64,000 nt of DNA, taken from the NCBI GenBank assembly GCA_013239625.1, contig MU053629.1, positions 4,553,567 through 4,617,566 on the forward strand, in the 5' to 3' direction. Shown one piece after another: positions 37,394-50,919 of this stretch. The DNA comes from Lama guanicoe. Its lineage: Eukaryota. A program made the position numbers and the translations under genes. The notes under the pieces were generated by a model, which saw only the letters and a program-made list of their open reading frames with translations, was not told the origin of the DNA and ran no database searches. Position 1 is the stretch's first letter, and every line of letters starts with the position of its first letter.

Positions 37394-40300
37394 GTAGGTG
37401 TCATTACATGCAGCAGTAACTTAGTGCTGTCCAGTTTTTGTATCCATAAACTTAATAAACAGATAAAGGGGCTGTGAATTTCTTCGTGTCATAAGTGAAT
37501 TCCATGGCTTAATTTGATTGGCAGAACAATTTGCAGCACGTTTTGCAAACTGTGCTAATGGGTTTCACTCCCAGCAGATTGTAGTACCATGCGCACACCC
37601 TGCTGCCAGCTCAGTTTAAAAAGAGTTAATCAGTTCTGAACAAGTGTGTCAACCCATGGGTTGTGGATATGGCCCTGCATCCTGAGGTGACTGTTTCCTT
37701 CATTATCTTTGGGGAGAAAAAGAAAAACTGTCCACTTTCTCATCTTGGTTCCTTCTTTTGTCCTGAAACCAACACTGGCTTTTTAGGGGAACCGAGTCAC
37801 AGCAGACCTTTGGCATTGAGAATTCCTGGGCTTCCAGAGCCCTCAGTTTGCCTGGTTGACCGGCCATCTGAAGCCGAATGACCTCCCCCAGCCAGGGAGG
37901 GACAGACGGGCCTGCGGGCCAGTTATTTCTCGCTAATTTTGATTCAACTAAATGGACACATCTGAAATAGTCTAGTGCTTTTAAACATACACTGGTAAAT
38001 TAAGCTACCTACAGGGTCCTCGATTCTTCACTAGCAACATAAATGCGTTTTAATGTTTGTTATAGAGGAAGCCCTTTGATAGCCTCGGAGGCAGGCGCCT
38101 GTCCGTTGCGATCAAGCCTGCCTATTAGGCTCTATTGACTGAGACATCTGTGTCACCGCAAATAAAAGACTCTTATTGATTTTCTTAACTGCTGTTCACT
38201 TCCCGTCCATGTTTCGAAGGCTGAAATCTTAATTATCTCAGATGCTTATTCAGTGCCTTCACACGCTGACCTCTCCAAGCCTCATTGGCATTTCATGAAT
38301 CAAGTACTTGTAGTGGGGCATGTCAGGAAGACAGAGCTGGGTCCTCATGCTTGTCCTTTAATATCACCTGTAACTTTGCAGCCTAAAGAGGTGTACACGC
38401 CTCAAAATGGGGACTGTATGGTGGTGCATCTTTAGCACGTAATCCCTTGAATATAGTTCGAAAAAGGACGTTGATTTTGACTTCTGATCATCATCTAGAG
38501 TGTGTGAATTCAGGTCCTTAAATATTCTGTGTACAGCTAAGGAGAGTCTGGTGGTGTATGCATAATCTTAATGGCCTCAAACATTTTAGGTACATTAATA
38601 GTACTTTTAACTCTAAGCAGCCAAAGGTTCGTTTAGATTGAGGTCCACATATATGTCCTCCTAGTGCCTGGCGTCTTTTCAGAAACATGAAACAAAACCT
38701 GGCCAAAAGCAGAAATATCGAGCCTAGGATATTTATGCCTCTTCAACCGGCTTGCATTCTAGTTACTAACTGTAATTTATGTATGAGTCACTTGTGTTGT
38801 TCAGCTGGAAAATATATTTCAAATTGACATAAATTAAGAAGCTTTAACTACATTTGTTCAACCCAGGCAATGGAAAATAACCTGTCATAGATTCCTCTTT
38901 CAAAAATGAAAAACAGTTTATTTCCAGTGCAAAAAAAAAAATTCTGAAATGTTCCTAATGTTCTGACGTCAAACGGAGTACCATAAATATCCTAGTGGTC
39001 TCAGTTAGGTTCTCTCTGGTGGGAGATTGTCATGGCAGTGGTTTTTGACACTTAAAGATTGTTTATAGCTTTCCCTGGGCAGTGTGCTAACCCCCACCTC
39101 AAACAGTATGGCATATCCTTTCTTTTAAGGATTAGCCTTTATTGCGTTTACTGTCATTCACAAAAACAAATGAAACAAAAGAAAGAACCCCCACCTTTGG
39201 AAGTCCTCGAAATACCTCCTCCTGATCCTAATTCCTCAATCCTTGGTGCAATCGGGTAACTAAAGAGTGAGCGAGATTGCACTGCAGTGAGGTAATGGGC
39301 AGTTGAGACGTCAGTAAATTTCCGGGCTGAACACTGACACCACTTGATATGGAAGATGTAAGTCACATTTAACGATACTTTAACACTTGAGCGTAGTTTT
39401 TTATTTTAGTGGTTTATGCTCTCAAGCATTAATAATGATTTGCCTTTCCACTAGTCTCCACTTAGATTTAATAAGGAATTCATATTAATCATTAAAAGAA
39501 AGGGACATGATTCTTCAAGATAATCAAATATTGACAGGTTAGAAATAGCTTTCTGCCTGGGTTCATTGATATAGGTTATGTGATATAAATATTTATTTCT
39601 TTTCTGTCACTCAGAGTAAATGCCACCAATTGATTCAGCATTGATATAGTGTCAACAGTTCATAAGAAACATTTGACTGGCTTGTGTTTTCTGATTAGTC
39701 TCTGCTCTATAAAGTGGGATTTACTAAATCTCTCCAATTGTCTGCTCATAGAGTGTGACTGCTTTCTGAAACCATTATTGCTTCGATTTGTGAAGCAAAG
39801 GTCTAGTGATAGGACTGGTTTCTGTCAGACCTTTACATATAAAATAAGAATTAATTGAGCATTTTTGTTTTAATGATTTATAAGCGATAGGTACTGATTC
39901 TTCTTAACACAGGCAGACAATAAACAAAGAATATTTTCTTTGCTGATCCATAATTGAATTCCATTTCATTTTCTCCATTAATTTCATTAATACTATATTA
40001 AATCAAACACTTTTTTAAAAGTTTAACATTTTGTCTTTCCAATGGAGACATTGTTTTTCTGTTATCCCTTTATGATGGAGGATTCCTTTTTTTCCAGCTT
40101 AAAAAAAAACAAATCATAAGGTATTTTTGGCATATTTTATTGAGAGCTGTAAATCAGTACCACTGATGTGTTTTCCGGATGTGTTTTTTGCATTTCAGTC
40201 TTAGTGTGGTATCATCTGTTTAACATTGGTCCTTGATTTGAAACTGATTAGAAATGGCTCGATGGGTCAATCTAAAGAATTAAAAAAGTGCAGTTACTCC

Positions 40301-43300
40301 AAGGATGTATGACTTTGACCTTTGCATCTCTAAAGTTGTTTTTCCTCTGTTTGTTTTTTATAATTTGTGGGAGAAGGTGACAGTTGTTTTTTTTTCCTAT
40401 TCTTGATAAATCAAGTATAAACATACTGACAAGTCACAAATCTAAAAATAATTCTAATCCTGCCTCATGTTTGGGTTTTTAAGAACTTCAAATGCCTTTA
40501 GAAAAACTTTTTAGAAAAAAGAAAAAAGGGAGGAAGAAGAAAAATAGGTATTCTACTGTAAAATTAGCTTTAAAAGCTACACTATAACCAGTATATAAAA
40601 CTCTTAGATTCTTATTATTCATTTCAGAGCCCATATGAAGACTGAAACATAGATGTATAATTGTGTATAACTGTGTGAGTCCAAACTACACGACACCTCC
40701 TCAGCCCACCCAGACACATCCTTTCCGCCCTGTGGGTTGTCACTTCCCCTGCCTGTTTCACCAGCGGTGGAGCCCAGGTCATTTGCCGTCTTGGCAGTTG
40801 ACACGTAATTGTAACTCTCAGGGCTTTTTCTTCCTTCTCCTTCACGTCTATTATTCTGCCTTTTATTTGCCTTTTTTTTTTTAAGTCATAACAAGGAAAC
40901 CAACTTTGGTATCTTTATTGAATAAAAACTTTCTTTTACCTCTTTTTTTCTTTTAATCTAAAGAGCTATGTGATTTCTCTTCTTAAAACTCATTACCATA
41001 GTTGCTGAAATTGCTTTTCACTTTCAAGTGCCCTTCAGTTGATTGTTTTCCTTCCTAAGGGCCAGTGACCAGTGTTGGAGAGGATGTCACTCCATACTTA
41101 CACACGGGATCAGCTGCTCAGACAGGGCACTGGGCAAAGTGCGCTGAAAGGCTGAGTTCTCACCTTGACTAGTTGTTGCTGACTAGTTATATGACCCAAG
41201 CAAATGGGGCTACATGCTTAAAATACTGCAAAATTCTGTGATTTTTATAATACTCGATCCCACCTGTAATATTGAAATGGTCTCTATAGGCTTGTAAATT
41301 CCACTTTTGTATCATAATGAGCACTATTCCTTTGCTTCACTTTGAAAAGTTGAATTAATATGCTTTTGTATACTAAAAAGGCAAAAATGTTTTTAGCTGT
41401 GTGTTGATCCCTTTAATGATTTTTTCATAGTTGAGATAATCAAAGTAACCCATTTTGATCAGAGATATGAAATTCTCAAAATTTGTTTATAATCAATTCA
41501 TGAGCTTGACCCTAATAGTTTTCCTTTTCAAAACTTTTTTGACATGAATAATATTTGTATACTCTATAAAAAAATAGAAGATTAAAATAAGCAGAAAGAA
41601 AAAGAGTCTGATATTTTTTAATGGAAAAATCTATCAATCACATTCACAGGCCAGGCAATGTCTATATAAAATTTTCAAACATTGTAGAAACACTTAATTT
41701 TTTATGGCTGCTGTCTTTTTGAGTGGCATAGTTCTAGAACTTGTTCTTTAAAACCGTTTTTAACTTTATGAGACTCCAAATCTTCCTCATTATCTGAGGG
41801 CTTCCTGATTTCCACCCTCGAATTTGCTTGCACATTGCATTAGTGCACACACACGCATGCACACACACGTATGCACACACACACACGGCACATGTGGGAC
41901 AACGTCCACAGCATCCTCCGATTCTCTGGAGCTTTCAGCTTATTCCCCGCCTTTTTCTGACGTCTGCTGCCCCTGGTTAGGCTGCAGTGCTGGTGGGTGA
42001 CAGCTCCACCAATGGGTATTAAAGGTAGAAAAGACGATGATGTTGGGGTTATAATGGTTGAAGCTGCTCAGAGACCTACGTACCCCTTTGCCTTCTCTTC
42101 CTCCAACAAAATACCACAAAATCCAGCCCCCTCCACAGTCCAGGTCTATTGCAGTGTACTACTGGGATGTGTAATATCAGTAAGTTTTGCTGCTTATATT
42201 TTTCTGGGAGGAAATTACTGGTCCTTTAACCTGGAAGACTGATGGAGTGGTGGAGGTGGAGGGGATGTCATCGCAGATTTGGGCTTTCCGAGCCTAGATC
42301 TATAGCTACATCCTGCTTACCCTTAGATCTCAGTGCCACTAATTCAGAATTTGTAGACTCGAGTGAGTGAAATTTCTCCTAGAAATTTACTTCCAGCCGT
42401 GATGAGGGTGCAGCTTGTTAGGCAAGTTAATAGTACAAATTAGGCTATTAGGTTGTGAGTCATGTTTAGACTACCTTGAGGAATGTTTTCAAGGAATTAG
42501 CCTATTTGTACCCTCCAGCAGATCCTGCTGTTTACATGCGTGACCTTTATACCCATTGGCCAAAGTCAACCCAACAGCAGCTCTGCTGGTTTAGCATCTC
42601 AAGGTACTTCGTGTGTCACCTTTTTTTATGCTGTTTTAAAAGTTATCATTTGGTCCAGAATAATGAGATTTTCTTTTCTTCATGCCATGTATTTTACACA
42701 GGTTAAAATATGGTTTGTTTTTTCTGTGTAAGCAATATAAAGGTATTGAAGAACAGAATTTCCCTCAAATAGGAAAATAAGAGCCAGTTTTTCTGACTTG
42801 TCTGTCATTTTGCCTCTGACCCTGAATATAGTAATTAGCTGATTGCAAATTACATCAATCAGGTTGTACTACAGTTAAATTGGGTGCTGAATTGGCCTTT
42901 ACACATTAATCTGTCAATATTCTTTTAAGGTTTGGCAAAATGGCTTGGAAAGGAAGCTGTTTCTGTTACCTGCACTGTATTCCTAATTATCACAGCTCTC
43001 TGAAGCTTCAACCTCAGAAATATATAGAAGAAAAATATTTCCCTTGATAAATGGAGTCTTGCTTTATTCAATTGGTGGAAGTTTAGAGTAGAGCAAAAAT
43101 ATTTAAAGCTTTACTATAATGGTCTGGAAGCAAACTATTTTTTTCCAGGTGATATTGAATTAAAAACTCCATCCATTTTCTGCCCATGCAAGGCAGTGCA
43201 ATTCCCTGGAAATTGATTTTTTTAGGGCTTACTATGGCTTTTCCCAAGCTTTGGCTATATGGAAAATAACACCTTTATTGAATCCACTTAGTGAATAAAG

Positions 43301-43842
43301 TTGGCAGTTAATTTTTAAGCAACTGGACCAGTGAGTAGAAAATTGCTGAATGCCTCAAATATAATCTGACTAATCTTAAAGTCATTTGATAAATAATTAC
43401 TCAGGGAGTTCTTCCAAACTCTAAAACATTATTTTGTGGATTCTGAAATAATTCACTACTATTCACGATGCAAATGGGAGTAGTATTTGTGGTATAACAG
43501 TTTTACAGGAACTGGGGAAATGTGTATACTGTTTAATACAATAAATTACCAAAAAGTGACTATTTTACATGAATCACGTGCTTATATGCTTTCCTTTTAT
43601 GCTTTGTAATATTTGACGGTATGTGCATTTGAACGTGTACTGATTTGGCACTTTTCCATGAGTATAATATGATTTCTACCCAGCTATTGCTGTGTACTAT
43701 TTTATCATTTTTAAAGAAAAGCTGTATCTACTCTAGGAAAGTCATTAACATTATTCACTTAGTTTGTTTAATGTTAATTAGAGGGTCACTTGAGGAGTTT
43801 TCGGGGGCTGATTTATTTACAGATCCTGCATTAGATTACTGG

Positions 43843-43843
<1 letters not shown>

Positions 43844-43878
<35 letters not shown>
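43844..43878 (+). repeat. (TG)n microsatellite, about 17 units
   Basis: Uninterrupted tg run about 380 nt upstream of exon 8. Confidence 0.95.
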
Positions 43879-43881
<3 letters not shown>

Positions 43882-44255
43882 GTCTTCCCAAGTTTGACTT
43901 TGGTTGTGTGCAGTGCTGTTTGGCGGTGGTTATACGTAGTGCTGGAGATTGTGTTCTTATCAGTATCTCTGACCTGACCCTTTTGAGCTATGTTATATCA
44001 TTCCATTTTGACACCTTTTATCAAACTTTAATGAAATGACCCAGGCAAACAAATTGTCATTAAACTTTCCATCACTTTGTCCCTTGGTATCGTCTTTTAT
44101 AAATTGGACAGCAAATGTTGTATTGATCTTCTCGTTCTCGCAGCTGAACTTGAAATGACCCAGACTGCTTGTTGTTTATGGCCCAGAGTTGCTTTTCCTT
44201 GACATTTCCATCCACAGCATGACACCCTTTTTGTTTTTCTTTCTTTCTTGTGGAG

Positions 44256-44320
44256 ATGAATGAACAAGACATACGGTATCGAGACACTCTTGGTCATGGC
44301 AACGGAGGCACAGTCTACAA
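44256..44320 (+). CDS. MAP2K5: MAP2K5 exon 8 (65 nt): MNEQDIRYRDTLGHGNGGTVY(K), start of kinase domain with GxGxxG loop
   Basis: Long pyrimidine tract then tggag|ATGAAT, donor CTACAA|gtgagt. GHGNGG is the MEK5 glycine-rich loop. Confidence 0.96.
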
Positions 44321-46324
44321 GTGAGTAGTCAATTTTGTTTGAACTTTCTGTCCACTTTTGCCAAATGTGGGTATCCAGGTTCTCTATGGCAAAGATTTTT
44401 AAATGACCACCAGCGCTTAGATTTTATTTCCACATTTGACTCCAAAACTCTGCAAGGCATCTATTTGCTCAGGAATTGCTTGGAAAAGTGCATTTATATT
44501 GCCTTTTTAATATTTCTGCATCTGCATCTCTCCTGGGTGAGCATTTAATAGTCCACATTAGCAAATGTACCTTTAACTGGCCTGAAGTTTAATGCATTTT
44601 TTCCTTTATTCTTTAACATCGTTTTTTGTCTTGTTCTGTTTTTTAACTTGCTGGCACCCTGTGTTAGTCCTCTGCCTGTTTACAACTATGCCCAGTGGAA
44701 GACAGACCTTATAGATACCATTGCTTTGCCCTGTGTCGACACTCAGTTATTAAAAGCCTTCTTCCTGTTGTATTTCCTTCTCTCCTCACCCTACTCCCCT
44801 GGGAGAATTTCTACACATTGATGAATATGTTAAGTTATAAAACTCTCCCAAATTCCAGCTGCAGTGATCTTACCCTACAGCGGTGTTCATTTTCATATTA
44901 AAAAAAAATGCTAACCATAAAAAATAGTTCTCTCGACAGGGAAGTCTTTCTCATGCAGCAGTCCAAAGTTTAAACTACATAATGTAATATCTGATACTTA
45001 ATAGTCTGCAATGGTGTATGAAAAATATTCCACTAGGAATTAAAAATCCATACTCAGTAAAAAAGCCCTGAGGGAGTAATAAAGCTTTTCTCCAGAGAGC
45101 TGTTTTCCATGTGTACACTAACCTTGCATCACATTATGACTGTGTTTTCACCTAAGATACTTTACCATTGATATTAGTATGTATTTTCAAAGTCATAAAA
45201 TAATTAACTTCTGTTTTAATTGGTTACTAATGTTCTTAGAATTTTAAGTTCTTATTAACCATGTGAATAAAGATAAAAATTACCCTCTTAAACATGAGCA
45301 TGAAAGGTCACATCCTAAAATCCAAGAACAGCCTAGAACACCCTCCACACAGATGAAGCCTTGGCAGAGAGCTAGATTTCTCAAGATGGGAAGCTCCTTC
45401 AGAGTTACCCGCTCCAGCCCCCCACCCAGGGCTTCAGTCCTCCCTGTAGATAGAGCCAAGATGTTGAGTCCTTTCTCCCGAGTATAGTCCTTTAAGAACT
45501 TATGTTTACATATTTGGATTGTTTTTTCCTAGAGATTGTGAATAGTTGGTCTGGAAGTTAAGTGCTTCCACGATGATAGATAATTCAGAGGATTAAACAG
45601 TAACACATTTTTTTTTATACCATCCTTGGGTCTCGCCCTTAAAATGCTTGATACCTAATATGTCTAAAGAGCTTGAAGCTGCTGCTGTCCCTCCCTGGGT
45701 CACGCTAACATTCCTTCCCGTCCAGCCCCAGTTCTGCACAAAAGCGCCTCTTGTCCTAGACTCCTCCTCCTTACTCTCGTCTGACTTGACTTTTTACCCT
45801 GATCTGAAGGTTCTTGGGTTCAGGTTCCCTGATAATAAGAAGAAGGGACATGTACACTCTGATTTGCTTTTCCTTAATTCCTTGAAGGGGAGCAGTTTTC
45901 AAAGTCTCAACCCTTCTTCTTCTTAATGCTTTTATGCTAATGTTCAGGTGTAATAAAACAGGGAAGATTCCTAGCAACTTTTTGGATTCCTTTTATTGGC
46001 TTCTTTAGACTCCTAGCCAACTTCTCACTTGTGCTGTTTCACCAAATGTTTGACTCTCTCAAGCATGTTCTGATTTTTAAACTGAAGGCCTATTGTGAAT
46101 TTACTGTCCTGGTGTATTCTAGAAGCGAGAAAACATAAGACCACCAAACCCCAGCAGATGATTTTTATTAGAAGTAATATCCTGTGTGTTAAATTTTTAA
46201 TCTTTTATCTTAAAACAGGTTTATTAAAAAAAAAAAAGAGAAGGGATACAGGAATGTGGAAATAACATGCCCAAACAGCAAAGAAAAATTACAACTTGAA
46301 ATTATGTTAGTGTTGTTTTTCTTT

Positions 46325-46515
46325 AATTGTTATTCTTAATTGTGGTAAAATATACATAACAAAAGAATTACCATCTCAGTCGTTTTTAAGTCTACACTTC
46401 AGTGACGCTAAGTATAGTCCCACTGTCGTGTAACCATCACCACCGTCCATCTGCAGAACTCTTTATCTTGCGACCTTGAAACCCTGCACCCACCCAACAG
46501 TAGCTCCCCATTTGC
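46325..46515 (-). mobile_element. L1MB-like 3' end
   Basis: ttaattgtggtaaaatatacataaca..tttttaagt..cagtg..accatcaccaccgtccatctgcagaactc. Degenerate TSD gttagtgttgttttt / gctaatgttgttttt. Confidence 0.8.
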
Positions 46516-47689
46516 TTGGCTAATGTTGTTTTTAGCTAAGAAGCATGGCTAACAGTTTTCTTTTTATTAGGGTCACAGTATCCAAGGGAACATCCTCAGT
46601 ACGAGTTCTTTAATTTGCTGGTATGCCCCGTTGGCTTTGGCAACTTGTCTGGGTTCATTTAGCTCCCATTGCTCATGCTCAGGATGTGCTGTAGGATTGG
46701 GTGTTTGTGACAGTGGCTGTTCATGGAGGGTGAGTGGCAGTGCTGTGACCATTTTAGCCCTTTATTTCATGTAGTAGATTTCTTATGAAAAGAAGACATT
46801 GCCCTCATTGCCTAGGTGCTGCTTAAGAGGAGACAACATGGAGGTGTGAAATTGTGTGACCACTTGTCACTAATCACTGGCCTGCCTTTCTGTCTGGGCT
46901 TCAATTTGCGCAGTCCTTATAACCCAGGCTTTTAGTTCAGCACAAAGAAACGGTATAATCATCAAGAAACGAAAATCCACTTTACTGATGTCTCTGTAAC
47001 ATTAAGTGCTTGATGTGTTGCGATTGACTTTCTCTCCTACACTAAGTTTACCTTAATGGTGTTGACTATAAAAACTGATTTTTCAAACAAAAATGATTAT
47101 ATTACAAGCTATGCTACATAAACTAGATGAAGAAGATATTGGAAAATCCACTCGTTGGTAACAAAACTGCCTAATGGGCCTATTTAATTTTTTTTCTTAT
47201 AAAGAATAATAAAGCTAATAAATGTAAAGCAAAAGTTTAAGATTTCAGTCTTATTTGCTCCACTTGATGGGATGTTGTGAAATTCAAGGAATACGATATC
47301 GTGTGTGACCGCGGTATATATTATTTAATAGTTGGTCACATTTTTGTCCTTCAAGTCTAGGTGTTCTTCTCAGTTATACAATATTAAATTCTGAGCCCAA
47401 ACATTTAAACCAAATGCGAATCCTGTTTGTAATCCCCTGCTGAGCTATTGTTATGATAGTGACCTACGCGGGTAATTTTAAGTTGATATTTCTGGTGTCG
47501 CTAATTTAGGTGAAATAGATGATAAAAGAAATCTCCTAAAGTACCCAAGCCTAGGAAGAAGAATAATTTAGGCAAAGGAAATGAACACGCTTTAATTATT
47601 TAGTTATTTGCTCCATTTCCCAAAGTGTTCCGAGTCCCCACGTTCTGTGCCCTTCTGATAGATTCACAGTAACTTTCAAAACCTTTGAG

Positions 47690-47920
47690 AAAGAGCAGTA
47701 CGTCTTGAGGTTAAGTGTGGGGGCTCTGAATCTGAATCCTGCATTTGCCACTAACTAGCTGTGTGACCTTGGGAAAGTCACATAACCCCTTCTACCTCAG
47801 TTTCCCTGTGTGTAAAATGGGGACAATAATAACATCTATCTTATAAAGTTACTGTGAGGTTAAAGGAGATATTCCATAGAAAAGGCTCAGCACTGTGACT
47901 GACACTCAGTGTTAGCTGCC
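47690..47920 (+). mobile_element. MIR SINE (near full length)
   Basis: tgaatcctgcatttgccactaactagctgtgtgaccttgggaaagtcac..cctcagtttccc..tgtaaaatggggacaataata..tgtgaggttaaa. Confidence 0.85.
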
Positions 47921-50919
47921 GGTAGTACCAATGGTAGAAATCAACCAATGATAGAAAAATTGTTAATCCCTAAACTTCTTTAATTGCTTAACCGTGGGAT
48001 TCTTTTTTTGAGGAACATCTGTAAATATCTCACAGAATTAGGGTTGTGTTGAATTAACTTTGAGAAATTCTACAGTATGTTATGATACACAGAATATTTC
48101 TCTATTTCCTTTTATTCTCTAGTTGCCTCATGAATATGATTTATTATTCTGTCTTACGTACTATCTTTAACATAATGATTTTTTTTCAAGGTTTCTAGAT
48201 ATTTTCTCTCTTATCACAGTTTATTTTCAAACTGCTCTAGGACAGCAGGTATTATGTTAAGCACATTTTCTCCCTGGAAGAGGCTAGGGCTCACATTCAC
48301 GTGGCCACTGAGTGGCAAAGCCAGCACTCTGCACAGCACCTCTTCCTTCCACTCTCCGTTTTTCCCTGAGGCAGTGTTGTTTCTCAAGGTCAAGCAGAGT
48401 CCATTTGTGTTTCCTTGTATTTTCCAGTGTACCCAGCACAGTCCCAAGGATAGAATAGTTGCTGTATACACGCTGGCTGGAATGAGAATGAGGCAAGTGG
48501 AGATTTTTTCAAGCAAGTGTTTGTAGGGCTCTTTAATTGGATCCTCCCCATACCTAGCTAGTTTTAGTGGCTGCGTAATTTTGAGGCTGCGTAATTATTT
48601 TAGAACATTCACCTAGAAGAATAGGAATTTCTAAACTCAGGGCAAATATTTGAATGATTAATTTTCTTTGAAATGTTAAAACTTTGAGTACTTGGCATCC
48701 ATTAACCCAGCATTCTAGTTACTGTCCCCTTTTCTTGGATAATATGGCGTGTTGAAATGAAAGTGATTAACAGGCTTAGTTATTTTGGAAACATTATCTA
48801 TGATAATGAAGGCCAGTCAGTCAGGCTCTTTGCTCCCTCAGCTAGTGGTTTGATGGAGTCATGTGAGCTTTGGGTCCAGAAAGGAAGTAATATTTAACTC
48901 TTAGGACTAGGTCGTGCTAAGTCAGTCAACAGGGACTTAAGGGTCATCTTTTGTATTATTTTTTTCCTTAATGCAAATTATTCAGAGTCAAGTTGTCAGC
49001 GTTTTGGATATGTGTTCTAATCTCTAGGTGTTTGAAGACGGTAGTGAATTTTCTACATCCAGCTACTTCCTACAGTACAGTTAAGTGTCTAATCTGGATT
49101 TTGGGTAGGATTTTCTCAGTGGTATAATTGGTAGCGTATATGCTGACTACATGGTGTTTTGAAGATTGCATATATACCATTATTTAAGTATTAATTTGAC
49201 CATATCTGGAGACAAGAAAAGAGGGAGGAGACAATAATTCTCAAAGGGACCGGTCTCTCTTCCTTTCTGTTGTCCTATTGTATGAAATATTTGCTGGGCA
49301 GAGGGGAGGGACGGCCCTTGGAGACGGTAACTGAGATCACGTGAACTGTTAAATTGTATTCTGCCCTTGTGATGTGGCTGGACAGGCCAACTAAAACCTT
49401 ACATTTTTGTTTTGGGTCTGATTATATCATTACAGTTAACATGATTTATTTCATGAAATCAGAAGCGATGGTGGTCAGTTAGAGAAAATGAGAAAAGACA
49501 TGAGTTGTTGTCTAAATTAATGCTGTTTAGTAAACAGAATGCTTTAAAACATGGGGTTCCTGAGGGGGACCCATAACAAAAAGAGTCCTTGATGAAAATA
49601 CCATGAACCACGTAATACCCAGAAAAGCTCTCACTTCCCTTGTCGCCGACCAACCTGAAGGTTCCGAAGCAAGACAGCTGTAGGTCTGACCCCGGCTTCT
49701 CTAGCAGCTGCATCAGTGACCCCACTCCTTTATGTTTTCTCCCTGAAGTGCATCTTGTAAATTAAGAGTAGTTTTTAAATGGTTTTGATATTGACCCAAG
49801 AGCTAGGGTGATTGTTTGATTTATTTTAACTTTTAATTTCCAATCAAATGAAGCGCCTTCTCCTTACAGCCGAGATCATATTTTAAACAAGTAAACAAGA
49901 CATCATCTTAATGTAAAATTAAATACTTGTATGTGGCTGGATTGTATTACAGTATCATGTGACGAGCAAGGATATTAATATTTTCAGAAAATCAATGAGT
50001 ATTTGTCAAATAAAATTAATTATGTATGCCTCCCTTTCTCCCTCTCTCAGCATCCACCGTTCAAGTTTGTTTCATACAGTAATGTGTGTTGTATTGATTA
50101 GAATCTAAAGAATGAACCCGAGCTCCTGAGTGTCTACACCGTTCGCACCTTTGCTGCCCCGCCTCTACGTCGCTGTAACTTCACACAGGCTCATATCCGT
50201 TATGCCAGTGACGGATTATTGGCATCCAGCCAACATGACAGGATGTCACAGGTCGCTGAGCAGAGTTTTTCAGTCTCTGTTTCCACCCGAATTAACTATT
50301 ATTGAAATAGTTTATTGAGATTGAAGTATTGATCATTTTCTGCTAAGCTTGGCTTAAGGGAAGGAAGAGGCAGCGGTAGTGTTTTTGAAAGACACTAAAT
50401 TTCATTTTAAAAAATCTCATTTATTTAGCCTTTTCTTCTTCCTATTTTATAGCCCCTATTGTTTTATTGCTTGGAAAAGGGTATCTTGGCTTTATTTTTA
50501 TGACAGTATAATTATACTTCAGAAATGCACTTGATTACTATGGGTAACAAAATTGTTCTAGTATATTGGTTTGGCCAATATTGCTATACAAACAACTTTT
50601 CAGTCAATTGAGTCTGGTAAAAATCGATACATTATGGTAATATTTCAAGTAAGAATTTGCTGAATCTTAAGTGTTTCAACAATATGTCCTTCCAGGGAAA
50701 AATAGTTATGAAGAAGCAAGACTTCTTTCTAGTATTTTATTTAATAAAAGCACTTTCTTTATAAAGGAATCTAGAGTCCCCAGCAGAAGTGGTTGTAACA
50801 GATAAGCATTAGCACACTTCTGTTTGTGTAGGATGGAAGAGCTCTAGTTTTCATCTGAAATCTGTTCTCTGGCTGCATTAGGAGAGTGTTACATTTGGGT
50901 TTGGCTTCATCTTACAGGA

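Noticed and set aside
48301..48320. CTCF-like tggccactgagtggcaaa (also 10097 and 33638)
   Set aside because: Mismatches at core positions of the CTCF motif. It cannot be supported without PWM scoring or ChIP.
48569..48596. 12-bp direct repeat ggctgcgtaatt x2
   Set aside because: Ordinary short slippage duplication.
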